Made by a program: the position numbers and the translations under genes
Shown: piece by piece, positions 17,650-27,362 of the stretch
How the letters are laid out: each line of letters starts with the position of its first letter
Position numbering within the stretch: the first letter of the stretch is position 1
NCBI GenBank assembly: GCA_050173015.1
Contig: JBFXLE010000006.1
Location: 96,001-160,000 of the forward strand
Origin: Calditrichaceae bacterium
GTDB taxonomy: Bacteria > Calditrichota > Calditrichia > Calditrichales > JBFXGD01
Reading direction: 5' to 3'
Length of the DNA stretch: 64,000 bases
Notes under the pieces: model-generated
What the model saw: the letters and a program-made list of their open reading frames with translations, nothing else
Databases searched by the model: none
What the model was told of the DNA's origin: nothing

Positions 17650-19107
17650 ATGAGATTTCTTTTATTCAAAACAGTGTTCCTGCTGTTGTTTCTATTGTTG
17701 AATTTGTACGGACAGGATGATACAAGCGCAAAAGTAAAATTTGTCATCGGTGATGTCAGCCTTATGACAGACGGACAGACGAATTGGAATGCGGTCAGAA
17801 TCAATTCGGATGTTAAAAAAGGAGACCGTATAAGAACAAAACTCAATTCACGCATAGAAATAGAAATGCCGGATGGTTCCGTCATTAAAATAAATGAAAA
17901 CTCCGTATTTGATGTTACTGAGATTCGGTTACCGGAAAACGGTGGTGAAAACAAGATGAGTTTTACACTCTGGGCGGGCAACATTTGGGCAAATTTTAAG
18001 AAAATAATCGACAACCGGGATGTCCGTGAAGTGGAAAGTCCGACTGCTGTTGTGGCGGTTCGGGGAACCACTTTTGAAGTCGATGTGGACCAAAGTCTTA
18101 CAACACGCGTCCGAGTGGAAGAAGGTAAAGTGGCCGTCAAATCAAAAGATGTGGCGGAGGAAGTAATGGTCGAGAGCAACCAGGAAACGGTGGTTGCCAA
18201 AGGTAGCGCTCCCACGAGGCCGGGTGCTTTTAGAAGATTACGACAGGATGACCAGACAGATAATGACGGATTTGCTTTTAATGTCAATTTATCAAGTTTT
18301 CAATTTGTGGACCAGGCGGTCATAGGAAGCGGAGTTCCTGTCAGCGGCAATCTGCCACCGGGTACTGCTCTCACCGCCGATGGAATCCCTGTAAATGTCG
18401 ATCCCAATGGCAATTTCGCCGGTAATCTGCGGGTTAAGGAAGGTCTGAATGAAATCCGCCTTGTGGCGGAGAAGGACGGCATTAAGAACGCAAAGGTGGT
18501 TAAGCTGTTTGTCAATACAAAACGGCCGGAAATCAGGCTGTCAACGCCGTTGGTTGCGGGCTACTACAACCGCCGTGATTACAGTCTGAGCGGAGCTGTA
18601 TTTGACCAGACTCCGAACGACCGTGTCAAGATATTTTTAAACGATGATGAAGTGGCGGAAGTCCGGGGGCAGGGAACTTTTAACCGCACTATCATCCTTA
18701 ATGAGGGTAAAAATGATATCAGGATAGCGGCAGAAGATTTGTCAAAGAACAGATCTGAGATTTCTCAAAGATTATTCCTGGATACGGTTAAGCCGATCGT
18801 CACATTGACCGAACCCGCCCAGCAGACCCTGGTAAGATTTGAACCGCCCATGCCGCCCTTGGACAATCTGACAACGGCGGTCACGGAAAGGTTTACGCAG
18901 GGTATCCGCGGCATCATCACAGATCCTCAGCCTTCATCCGGTATTAAAAGGGTTGTTATAAACGGTATGGATGTAAAACCGAAATCCGATGGAAGTTTTG
19001 ATGTAAAAATTAATCTGCAGCGCGGCGAAAATCGTCTTTCATTCTATGTGGAAGATATGGCGGGAAACATTGCCCGGGATAATTCACGACTGGTTATTGT
19101 CCGATAA
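17650..19107 (+). CDS. Exported FecR-domain protein with tandem Ig-like repeats
   Basis: Signal peptide; GDRIRT...DGSVIKINENS...SPTAVVAVRGTTFEV...VEEGKV (FecR); three LxEGxNxIxxxAxD-type Ig repeats. Confidence 0.82.
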   Translation: MRFLLFKTVFLLLFLLLNLYGQDDTSAKVKFVIGDVSLMTDGQTNWNAVRINSDVKKGDRIRTKLNSRIEIEMPDGSVIKINENSVFDVTEIRLPENGGENKMSFTLWAGNIWANFKKIIDNRDVREVESPTAVVAVRGTTFEVDVDQSLTTRVRVEEGKVAVKSKDVAEEVMVESNQETVVAKGSAPTRPGAFRRLRQDDQTDNDGFAFNVNLSSFQFVDQAVIGSGVPVSGNLPPGTALTADGIPVNVDPNGNFAGNLRVKEGLNEIRLVAEKDGIKNAKVVKLFVNTKRPEIRLSTPLVAGYYNRRDYSLSGAVFDQTPNDRVKIFLNDDEVAEVRGQGTFNRTIILNEGKNDIRIAAEDLSKNRSEISQRLFLDTVKPIVTLTEPAQQTLVRFEPPMPPLDNLTTAVTERFTQGIRGIITDPQPSSGIKRVVINGMDVKPKSDGSFDVKINLQRGENRLSFYVEDMAGNIARDNSRLVIVR

Positions 19108-19120
19108 TAAAGGAGTATGA

Positions 19121-20851
19121 ATGCAAAAATTGTTCCTGATCGTTCTTATGCTGATTCCGCATTTAATTATCGCGCAGTCCGATTTAAATGTAACGGGGCG
19201 TGTCTCGTTGCGTACGACTAATACGGAATATGATGAACATTCGGAGATCAAACCCGATTCGATCGCCGACAGAGAATACGGAAAAACAATGCTGATCCCG
19301 GGGCTTCAGCAAAATCTTAATCTTGCGCTGTTCGCGCGGACTCAGAAGATGGATCTGACGCTTTTAGGGGATATTCGCAATGATGACTGGAATCAGATGC
19401 AGTTATCCGATTTTAGAACAATAAACCGGTTGACTTTAAGCGCGCGCTTTGGTTCAAACGAAATAGTAATCGGTGACTTTTTTGAAGCGGGTAGTGAGTA
19501 TTTTATACAGAGCCGTGAAATCCGCGGAGCAAAGATTGATCTGAAATTTGATAATATTTGGAATTCCAAATCCTACCTTCATACAAAATCTACGGGAGGC
19601 ATCGTTCAAAAAGCATTTGATCAGGGCAGCCGGTTGTTGTCCCTCTATAAGCAGTACGAAACCTCGGGTCAGTACCGCCGTTACTTTGCGTCGTCAGAAA
19701 TAGAACTGGGGGAGTATGACCGCTATTCATTGGGAGTAAGTTATTTATATTCAAAAGATGATGAAAGCTCGATCGACGAATCCATAAATGATCCTCTCGC
19801 CAATCAAACCCTCGGTGTTCATAGCTCGGTTTATTTGTGGGGTAATCATTTAAAGGTGTTTGGTGAAGGTTATTTGAGTCATAAGGATACGCTAACGGCA
19901 TCCGGGTCGGATGATAACGCGTACAAGGCGGGCTTTGATCTTAGGATGAACCGCCTGAAATTTATAGCCTACTATCACCGAATCGGTTACGACTATTATA
20001 CCGCGGGTTATCCATTCCTCCTCAATGATTTGCAGGGGGCAAAACTGATCGGAGCGTATCGGGTATCCGAGCAGTTGACGCTCGGATTCGAAGCAGAACA
20101 ATATGATAATAATCTGAACGATTATGCTGATATCCCAACTACCACGACAAAAACGGGTGATCTGGAATTCACCACAAATGTTGAAGGCTGGCCGGAATTG
20201 TCAATCAGGTATGGAATCAGGGATGATAATAGTAATACAATCACTCTGGAAGATACCTTGAAAATTAAAACTTCAAAGATTTCGAGAAAATGGGAAGGCC
20301 GGATCACCCATAAGTTCGCGGTGAACCGGTTATCATTATCCGCGACATGGATTGATCTGGATGACGGCAGTCTCCTTGCCGCCGGCGCGCCGCTTGGGAC
20401 AGAACAATTCGTTAGTACTTTCAATTTTTACACCCGTCCGTCAAACTCTCTTTTTGTGTCGGCAGGAGCTGTTTACAGCAGGTTGTTGATGAGTAATGCT
20501 CAGGATAACCGGAATATTTATTTTTATGAATCCAGCCGGTGGGATATCCTGCCGCAAAAACTTAAGTTTGAATCAACGCTAAGCTATATTTATAACGATG
20601 CCGCAAACGGAGGCGTTCAGGATTATCTCAGTGATTATGACCAGATCGGTCTTGAATTATCCCTGGAATATTTCTTCACATCAGGGTTATCGCTTAAGAT
20701 TATTGCAGGCACAGATCAGCGTGATATGAAATACACTACTGAAGAAGCGCTCAGTGTCATTGCGGATCCGGACTATGGTCCCACTTATTTTAACGTTAAT
20801 GAATCATATAACGCCATGATTTACGGAGCGGAAATAAACTGGATTTTTTAG
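19121..20851 (+). CDS. Predicted outer-membrane beta-barrel protein of unknown function
   Basis: Signal peptide, alternating amphipathic Tyr/Gly-rich strands, C-terminal beta-signal YGAEINWIF. Confidence 0.7.
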   Translation: MQKLFLIVLMLIPHLIIAQSDLNVTGRVSLRTTNTEYDEHSEIKPDSIADREYGKTMLIPGLQQNLNLALFARTQKMDLTLLGDIRNDDWNQMQLSDFRTINRLTLSARFGSNEIVIGDFFEAGSEYFIQSREIRGAKIDLKFDNIWNSKSYLHTKSTGGIVQKAFDQGSRLLSLYKQYETSGQYRRYFASSEIELGEYDRYSLGVSYLYSKDDESSIDESINDPLANQTLGVHSSVYLWGNHLKVFGEGYLSHKDTLTASGSDDNAYKAGFDLRMNRLKFIAYYHRIGYDYYTAGYPFLLNDLQGAKLIGAYRVSEQLTLGFEAEQYDNNLNDYADIPTTTTKTGDLEFTTNVEGWPELSIRYGIRDDNSNTITLEDTLKIKTSKISRKWEGRITHKFAVNRLSLSATWIDLDDGSLLAAGAPLGTEQFVSTFNFYTRPSNSLFVSAGAVYSRLLMSNAQDNRNIYFYESSRWDILPQKLKFESTLSYIYNDAANGGVQDYLSDYDQIGLELSLEYFFTSGLSLKIIAGTDQRDMKYTTEEALSVIADPDYGPTYFNVNESYNAMIYGAEINWIF

Positions 20852-20958
20852 AAATAACAGCATTTTAATGATGCAGCCCTGATAATTATTGAATTTTTGA
20901 TTATAAATCGATAACTTTCTGCACTTACCAAAATCAGAGACAAACAGGAAAATTTTTT

Positions 20959-22122
20959 ATGTATCAGGGCGTAGATTTTTATTCCGTAAATGAAATGTTT
21001 TCGGAAGAAGAAATAATGATTCAGCAAACCGTTCGCGGGTTTGTGGAAGAGAAATTTTTACCGTTTGTCTCAAAATATCATCGTGAATGTTATTTTCCCG
21101 CGGAAATCATTCCGGAATTGGGAAAGCTGGGATTGCTGGGTATTACGGTTCCCGAAGAATATGGCGGCCCCGGCCTGAGCCATTTTATTTATGGTATTGT
21201 GATGCAGGAACTGGAACGCGGAGATACAGGGCTGCGTTCGTTTGCTTCTGTTCAGGGCAGCCTGGTGATGTATCCGATTTATACCTACGGTTCTGAAGAG
21301 CAGAAAAAATATTGGCTGCCAAAACTGGCCGCCGGCGAAAAAATAGGTTGTTTCGGACTCACTGAACCGGATTTCGGATCCGATCCCGGCGGAATGATCA
21401 CGCGGGCGAAAAAGGTCAAAGAAGGATGGTTGCTGAACGGAACAAAAATGTGGATCACTAATGGCTCGGTCGCTGATGTGGCGGTGGTTTGGGCAAAGAC
21501 AGATGAAGGAGTGAGTGGTTTTCTTGTAGAAAGGGACAGACCCGGATTTAATTCCCGCTCAATCCCCGGGAAATTTTCGCTCCGCGCCTCCGATACCGGT
21601 GAACTCAGTTTCCAGGATTGTCTGATTCCGGATAAGAATCGTCTTCCCGCGGCAAAAGGATTAAAAGCGCCGCTCTCTTGTCTGAATGAAGCGCGCTACG
21701 GTATTGCCTGGGGAGCATTGGGCGCGGCCATGGCTTGTTATGACGAAGCCCTTAGGTACGCGGGAGACCGGATACAGTTTGACAGACCCGTCTCCGGGTT
21801 TCAGCTGACGCAGCAAAAGCTGGTGGAGATGATCACCGAGATCACCAAGGGACAGCTGCTTGCTTATCAGCTCGGAAGATTGAAAGACAGCGGTAAGGCA
21901 AAATTTTATCACGTGTCATTGGCTAAACGAAACAACGTGCAAAAGGCGCTTGAAATCGCCAGAAGCGCGCGAACCATTCTCGCCGCGAATGGAATATCTG
22001 ATGAATATCAGACAATCCGCCACATGCTTAACCTGGAATCCGTGCTGACATATGAAGGCACTCATGAAATACACACACTCATCGTCGGCGAACAGTTGAC
22101 AGGCCAGAGCGCGTTTCGGTAA
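20959..22122 (+). CDS. gcdH: Acyl-CoA dehydrogenase, glutaryl-CoA dehydrogenase type
   Basis: GCFGLTEPDFGSDP, NGTKMWITNG, LNEARYGIAWG, NLESVLTYEGTHEIH. Confidence 0.85.
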   Translation: MYQGVDFYSVNEMFSEEEIMIQQTVRGFVEEKFLPFVSKYHRECYFPAEIIPELGKLGLLGITVPEEYGGPGLSHFIYGIVMQELERGDTGLRSFASVQGSLVMYPIYTYGSEEQKKYWLPKLAAGEKIGCFGLTEPDFGSDPGGMITRAKKVKEGWLLNGTKMWITNGSVADVAVVWAKTDEGVSGFLVERDRPGFNSRSIPGKFSLRASDTGELSFQDCLIPDKNRLPAAKGLKAPLSCLNEARYGIAWGALGAAMACYDEALRYAGDRIQFDRPVSGFQLTQQKLVEMITEITKGQLLAYQLGRLKDSGKAKFYHVSLAKRNNVQKALEIARSARTILAANGISDEYQTIRHMLNLESVLTYEGTHEIHTLIVGEQLTGQSAFR

Positions 22123-22224
22123 ACAAACACATCCTTTTCCATCAAACCAAGAAAAAAATATTCCTGAAATAGATATGACTCTCTTAATAGTTTGAATATT
22201 ACGTTAGCTCATCATTTGGAATTT

Positions 22225-22253
22225 TTGCATCCGGCAACTAACAGAATTAAGAT
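22225..22253 (+). promoter_or_regulatory. Candidate sigma70 promoter for the S8 protease gene
   Basis: TTGCAT (22225-22230), 17-nt spacer, TAAGAT (22248-22253). Confidence 0.45.
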
Positions 22254-22474
22254 TACCGTATAAGAATAAATTGTCTTCGGAGTCGCTTCCTGAAAAGGCA
22301 ATCAATCAGACCCGATCAACCGGTTTCAGCGCTCCTGCCTGATTCTGAAGATATATTATTCAAAAAACAACTTGTATTTCATAAACAGGAAATGAAAGGA
22401 GGTGAGTGATGGTGATTTGAGATTTAACTTCGAATACACTCATTAAATTAAACATTTTTTTTTGGGGGGACCAA

Positions 22475-25426
22475 ATGAAGAATTTAATTTTTACATGTTT
22501 TCTAGTCATCTTTTCCGTTTCCGCGCTTTTTTCCGAAGATCTAAAAACAAAAAAAGTTGATTCAGTGAATGAGGCGCCTTCATTCGCCGGTTTTGTTGAA
22601 AATGAAATAGTTGTTAAGCTCGACAGGTCATTCCTAAACAGAGTGACTCTCGTGGCCGAAAAACTGGAGGGAGGTTTATTTGGAATCTCCGAACTGGACA
22701 AACTCGGCAGCCGCATGGGAGTTGAAAAGATTTGGCAAAAAATTCCACATCTGAAAGCGAGAAACTTGAACGGGCGTATCATTGACCCTTCTTCCTGGTT
22801 CAATATAAAATTCAAAACAAATACCGATATTGATTTGGCGGTAAGGGCATATAAATTGCTGGCCGGTGTTGTTGACGCGCAGCCGATTGGCATCCACAAG
22901 ATATATACCCGAACCCCGAATGACGCCAATTACGCGGATCAGTGGCACCTGAACCAATCAAATGACGCGGATATCGACGCGCCTGAAGCCTGGGATGTTC
23001 AGACGGGAAACAGCAGTATTATTGTCGCGATTTTGGACACAGGCGTCCGCTATTACCATAAGGATTTGGGAGGCGCTAATGCCTCTTCTTCTAATCCGGG
23101 CGCCACTCAGGGAAATATGTGGATCAACACTGCGGAGAAGAACGGCACAGCCGGTGTGGATGATGACAATAACGGATTCATAGATGACTGGATCGGATGG
23201 GATTTTGTTGACGGAGTCACCGGGTGGACCGGTGAAGATGTGAGCACGCCCGACAATGATCCAAGGGATTTTAATGGACACGGTACTCACTGCGCGGGAA
23301 TTGTGGGCGCGATTAACAACAATAACTACGCTGTTTCTTCGCCGGCCGGCGGTTGGGCGAACGGAAGCCAGCAGGTCGAGGGAAATGGTGTCAAAATAAT
23401 GCCCTTGCGGATCGGATATTCAGGACGTTATTTGTTCTTTCTGGAGGTCGGCTATGTCCGTATGGATTTTGCCGCTGCCGCTTTTTACTATGCCGCGGAT
23501 AATGGCGCGAAAATCGCCTCCTGCAGCTGGGGTTCATCAAACACAGGCGGGCTTGGAGATGCCATAGATTATTTTGTCGCTGGCGGAGGACTGATTTTTA
23601 AGGCGGCGGGAAATGATGATAATCAGGATTCGGATTATATGCTTGACCGCGTTGATGTAATCGGCGTGGCTTCAACCGATGAGAATGATGTAAAATCCGA
23701 TTTCTCAACATACGGCGATTTTGTAGATATATCCGCGCCCGGGAGCAATATTTACAGTACCTATCATGATCATACCGACGCGGCAAATGATTATGTGGCA
23801 TCACTCAGCGGAACATCGATGGCCACACCTCTGACTGCTTCTGTGGCGTCATTAATCTGGTCACAAAATCCTTCATGGAGCGCTGACCAGGTCCGTCAGC
23901 AGTTGTATGATACAGCCGATGATATTTATGGAATATCGGGGAATGCAAGCTATGCAGGCAAATTGGGAGCAGGACGGATAAATGCTTATCAGGCGGTGAG
24001 TGTCGGTTCGGGACCCGCGGCTCCGGTGGCGGGATTCAGCGGTTCGCCGGTGGCCGGGTGCGGTCCGCTAACCGTTCAGTTTAATGATGAGTCAACGGGG
24101 GGTGTCACCGACTGGTCATGGGACTTTGGTGACGGCGGCGCCTCCGGTTTACAAAATCCCGATCATCAGTACGCGGATCCCGGTAAATATACTGTCGTAT
24201 TGACGGTGACGGGAGATGGGGGTTCGGATGCAGAGACCAAAACCGACTATATAATGGTTTACGCGCCGATCACGGCGGATTTTAACGGAACTCCGGTATC
24301 AGGGGATGCTCCTTTAACCGTTGATTTTACAGATCTCTCTGCCGGTGATGTAACGGATTGGTCCTGGGATTTTGGGGATGGTGGAACATCCTCAGTTCAA
24401 AATCCCTCCCATGAGTATTCTAACGCGGGGACATACACGGTTTCGCTCACCGCTTCAAATTCCTGCGACAATGATGTGATTTCAAAAACAGACTATATCA
24501 CGGTTACAGAACCGCCATGTGACGCGCCGGTGGCGGATTTTACCGGAAGTCCTCTTTCCGGCGCCGCGCCGCTTACGGTCTCTTTTACTGACAATTCCAC
24601 AAATAATCCGACATCCTGGAGCTGGAACTTTGGTGATGGGGCAACTTCGTCTGAACAAAATCCTACTCATGAATACGCAAACAGCGGTGATTTTACCGTT
24701 GAACTGAGTGTAAGCAATAGCTGCGGATCAGATGTTGAAACCAAAACAAATTACATTAGTGTAAGCGAGCCGTCCGCAAATATGATGCATATCGGCCAAA
24801 TGACCGTAACGGTTCAATCAACCTGGATTTTTAGAAGAGCTAAAGCGGAAATTAAAATTGTTGACAGCGGGGGAGCTGCTGTCGCAAGCGCGGGAGTGAG
24901 CGGAGCCTGGTCCGGGAAAACCACGGATACGGATAACGTCACCACCGGATCCAACGGAGTCGCCGTGGCCTATTCCAACTGGACCACAGGAGCGGGAACG
25001 TTCACATTTTGCGTCGAGAATGTTTCAAAATCGGGATGGACGTATGATCAAAGCGCCAACGTGGCTACTTGCGCCGGTTCGGATGGAAGTACATCCGCAA
25101 CCGAACTGGTAGCGAATGTCTCACTGGATGAAATAGAAGGCGAGCTCGATTTTAAACTGGCCACTAATTCACCCAATCCTTTCAATCCGTCGACAACGAT
25201 ATCTTTTATAGCGCCGGTTGAGTCATTTGTAACGGTTGAGCTTTATAATATTTTGGGACAAAAGGTAAACACCATTCTGAATGGACAAATTTCCGCAGGG
25301 TTAAATTCGGTTACCTGGAATGGTGATGACACATCCGGGCAACTCGTGAGTTCAGGATTTTATTTTTACCGGATTACCTACAATGGAAAACATTCAATAA
25401 TAAGAAAAATTCTGATGATAAAATAA
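22475..25426 (+). CDS. Subtilisin-like S8 serine protease with 3 PKD domains and T9SS-like C-terminal domain
   Basis: VAILDTG, GHGTHCAG, SGTSMATP triad; three WSW(D/N)FGDG...QNP.H.Y PKD repeats; NSPNPFNP...RKILMIK. Confidence 0.93.
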   Translation: MKNLIFTCFLVIFSVSALFSEDLKTKKVDSVNEAPSFAGFVENEIVVKLDRSFLNRVTLVAEKLEGGLFGISELDKLGSRMGVEKIWQKIPHLKARNLNGRIIDPSSWFNIKFKTNTDIDLAVRAYKLLAGVVDAQPIGIHKIYTRTPNDANYADQWHLNQSNDADIDAPEAWDVQTGNSSIIVAILDTGVRYYHKDLGGANASSSNPGATQGNMWINTAEKNGTAGVDDDNNGFIDDWIGWDFVDGVTGWTGEDVSTPDNDPRDFNGHGTHCAGIVGAINNNNYAVSSPAGGWANGSQQVEGNGVKIMPLRIGYSGRYLFFLEVGYVRMDFAAAAFYYAADNGAKIASCSWGSSNTGGLGDAIDYFVAGGGLIFKAAGNDDNQDSDYMLDRVDVIGVASTDENDVKSDFSTYGDFVDISAPGSNIYSTYHDHTDAANDYVASLSGTSMATPLTASVASLIWSQNPSWSADQVRQQLYDTADDIYGISGNASYAGKLGAGRINAYQAVSVGSGPAAPVAGFSGSPVAGCGPLTVQFNDESTGGVTDWSWDFGDGGASGLQNPDHQYADPGKYTVVLTVTGDGGSDAETKTDYIMVYAPITADFNGTPVSGDAPLTVDFTDLSAGDVTDWSWDFGDGGTSSVQNPSHEYSNAGTYTVSLTASNSCDNDVISKTDYITVTEPPCDAPVADFTGSPLSGAAPLTVSFTDNSTNNPTSWSWNFGDGATSSEQNPTHEYANSGDFTVELSVSNSCGSDVETKTNYISVSEPSANMMHIGQMTVTVQSTWIFRRAKAEIKIVDSGGAAVASAGVSGAWSGKTTDTDNVTTGSNGVAVAYSNWTTGAGTFTFCVENVSKSGWTYDQSANVATCAGSDGSTSATELVANVSLDEIEGELDFKLATNSPNPFNPSTTISFIAPVESFVTVELYNILGQKVNTILNGQISAGLNSVTWNGDDTSGQLVSSGFYFYRITYNGKHSIIRKILMIK

Positions 25427-25450
25427 GTTGGACTTATAATTTAGAAGAAT

Positions 25451-25487
25451 ACGGCGGGATGATATTTTCCATCCCGCCGTTTTTTTT
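25451..25487 (+). terminator. Intrinsic terminator between convergent genes
   Basis: ACGGCGGGATG / CATCCCGCCGT stem followed by T-tract. Confidence 0.85.
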
Positions 25488-26484
25488 AAGGCAAATATTT
25501 TACGGTTTTTCGGCCGTCATCCATTATATAAACCAACATTTCCAGGTTGGCTGAATTGGGAATGGCGAAGGCGCATACCCCGTCGATACGGCTTCTTGGT
25601 TCGATGGCGAGTTCTTTCATCAATCCGTTCTGAAATTTTTCTGTTTGAGTTGCATCAATCGAATATTCATTCTTTTCTGTATCGATTAACTTCAGATTTG
25701 CCGGGCGGAAGGTAATGCTTTCACCTGTATTGTTTACCGCGGTCAGATCCACCATCAGAAGACTTCCGTTCTTTTTCATCGCTACGATGCTGATCGGAAG
25801 GTCTTTGGTAACGTCCAGAATACTCATTGTCTGCTGGCGCGCCAGTTTAAGGTTCTTTTTTGCGTCCTTGCTTTCCGGATTAAATGAAACGGCGCGAGCC
25901 AGATATCTTTCTGCCGTCAGGTATAGATCGCCGTTTGTTTTTTCCTTTTTCGCCTGTTCAAAGAATTTAATCCCTTTTTCATACATGGCATTAAAATTCT
26001 GCTGTTTAACCGCCGATAACAACGAATCAGCAGATTTGTTCTCAGGATAATTTTCAAGCGCGACTTCAAGATTGTCGAGCATTTTTGTAAAATACTGTTC
26101 CTTTTGGATTTCATTGGATGGTTTTGCTTTTTTATATGCCTCGGCAAACTTGAATAATAGCATGCTATATTGTTTCTTAAATTCAGGGCTTGTTTCGCCG
26201 GCAGGCACAAGACGTTCACCACGCTCAAAATTTCCGGAAAAAGAATCGATATTTTTTGTCCGCGTATAAAGCATTAATCCTTTTTGCATGTAAGTCAATG
26301 CGATTTTTTCATTAATTTTTGCATTTTCCGGTTGATTTTTTTTAACTTCCAGGTAATGTGTTCGCGCCCGATCATACTCTCCGCTTGCAAAAGCAGCATC
26401 ACCATCGGCTTCGGGTTTGCTACCGCATCCGAATAACATCAAGCTGAGTGACGAGGCGAGAAAAAAAACGATCCATGATCTCAT
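25486..26484 (-). CDS. Lipoprotein with TPR-like helical repeats and C-terminal DUF4352-like Ig domain
   Basis: True start is probably ATG 26484 (SD AGGAG; MRSWIVFF...LFGC lipobox), not 26619 which overlaps the divergent gene; C-terminal VDLTAVNNTG...LKLID...AFAIP. Confidence 0.7.
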   Translation of the reverse strand: MRSWIVFFLASSLSLMLFGCGSKPEADGDAAFASGEYDRARTHYLEVKKNQPENAKINEKIALTYMQKGLMLYTRTKNIDSFSGNFERGERLVPAGETSPEFKKQYSMLLFKFAEAYKKAKPSNEIQKEQYFTKMLDNLEVALENYPENKSADSLLSAVKQQNFNAMYEKGIKFFEQAKKEKTNGDLYLTAERYLARAVSFNPESKDAKKNLKLARQQTMSILDVTKDLPISIVAMKKNGSLLMVDLTAVNNTGESITFRPANLKLIDTEKNEYSIDATQTEKFQNGLMKELAIEPRSRIDGVCAFAIPNSANLEMLVYIMDDGRKTVKYLP

Positions 26485-26587
26485 CCTTTTCTCCTGTATT
26501 TTTGTGTAAATTTTAAAGTGGACAAAAATATACCAATGCAATTTAAAAAAAAATATTCTTAAATAAAAGTTTTTATGAGATTCGAAA

Positions 26588-27328
26588 ATGAAGATAACCA
26601 TTCTTGGTTCAGGAACCACGACTTCAGATTTTAATAGAAATCCATCGGGTTATTTGCTGGAGGAAGGGCGGATGAGCGCACTTCTGGATATGGGGCCGGG
26701 CATTCTGAAACAGCTTAAATTTCTGAAGAAAAACCTGCTGGAGATAAATAAAATTTTTCTCTCACACTTTCATTTAGATCATTCCGCGGATGTTTTCCCT
26801 TTTATGATGAACAGATATCTTTTAGAGAATTCTTCAAATAGTCTCCTGACCATTGCCGGTCCTCCGGGATTAACCGGATGGTTTAACACGATCGCCTCCA
26901 CTCAGGGATCCTGGCTGAGCGAAAACATACCTTCACTGGTAGAGCTGGGAAAAACATCCTATGATTGGGCGGGCTTAAGTATATCCGTCATGCCCACCGG
27001 TCATACCAGAGAAAGTATCGCCTTTAGGTTTTCCGGGAAAAAATCTTTTTTTTACAGCGGAGACACCGGGTACAATATGGAGCTGACCCGGTTGGCTGCT
27101 GACACGGATATCGGTATATTGGAATGTTCGGTGCCGGAAGAACTAAAAACACCGCGTCATTTATCACCATCGGAAGCAGGCCGGCTGGCTGCGGCGGCGC
27201 GGATCAAACATCTGGTGATTACTCATGTAAATCCCGAAAATGATACTGAAGATCTGGAATCCAGAATCAGTAAATATTATGCGGGTAAAATTATTATAGC
27301 TGAAGATTTTATGGAAATTAATCAGTAA
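26588..27328 (+). CDS. MBL-fold metallohydrolase (RNase Z/BN-like)
   Basis: ITILGSG, LLDMGPG, SHFHLDHSAD, YSGDTG, HLS, LVITH. Confidence 0.85.
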   Translation: MKITILGSGTTTSDFNRNPSGYLLEEGRMSALLDMGPGILKQLKFLKKNLLEINKIFLSHFHLDHSADVFPFMMNRYLLENSSNSLLTIAGPPGLTGWFNTIASTQGSWLSENIPSLVELGKTSYDWAGLSISVMPTGHTRESIAFRFSGKKSFFYSGDTGYNMELTRLAADTDIGILECSVPEELKTPRHLSPSEAGRLAAAARIKHLVITHVNPENDTEDLESRISKYYAGKIIIAEDFMEINQ

Positions 27329-27362
27329 AAGTCTGACTCTCACAACTCAAAAGTAAAAAATT

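Noticed and set aside
17589-18287. 232-aa minus-strand ORF
   Set aside because: Antisense to the FecR gene; no recognisable domain.
22260-22360. Assignment as c-di-GMP-I/II or ydaO riboswitch
   Set aside because: Conserved cores (e.g. GGCAAA...GACGCAAAG, or GCTGAA...GGGG) are not recognisable; kept as an unnamed structure.
22360-22929. 189-aa minus-strand ORF
   Set aside because: Mostly antisense to the S8 protease prodomain; no family signal.
24020-24770. Three roughly 250-nt repeats, considered as CRISPR or DGR-like repeats
   Set aside because: They are diverged in-frame PKD domains; no spacers, cas genes or reverse transcriptase in the window.
26485-26619. 45-aa N-terminal extension of the lipoprotein ORF
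   Set aside because: Overlaps the divergent gene and AT-rich spacer; SD and lipoprotein signal point to ATG 26484.
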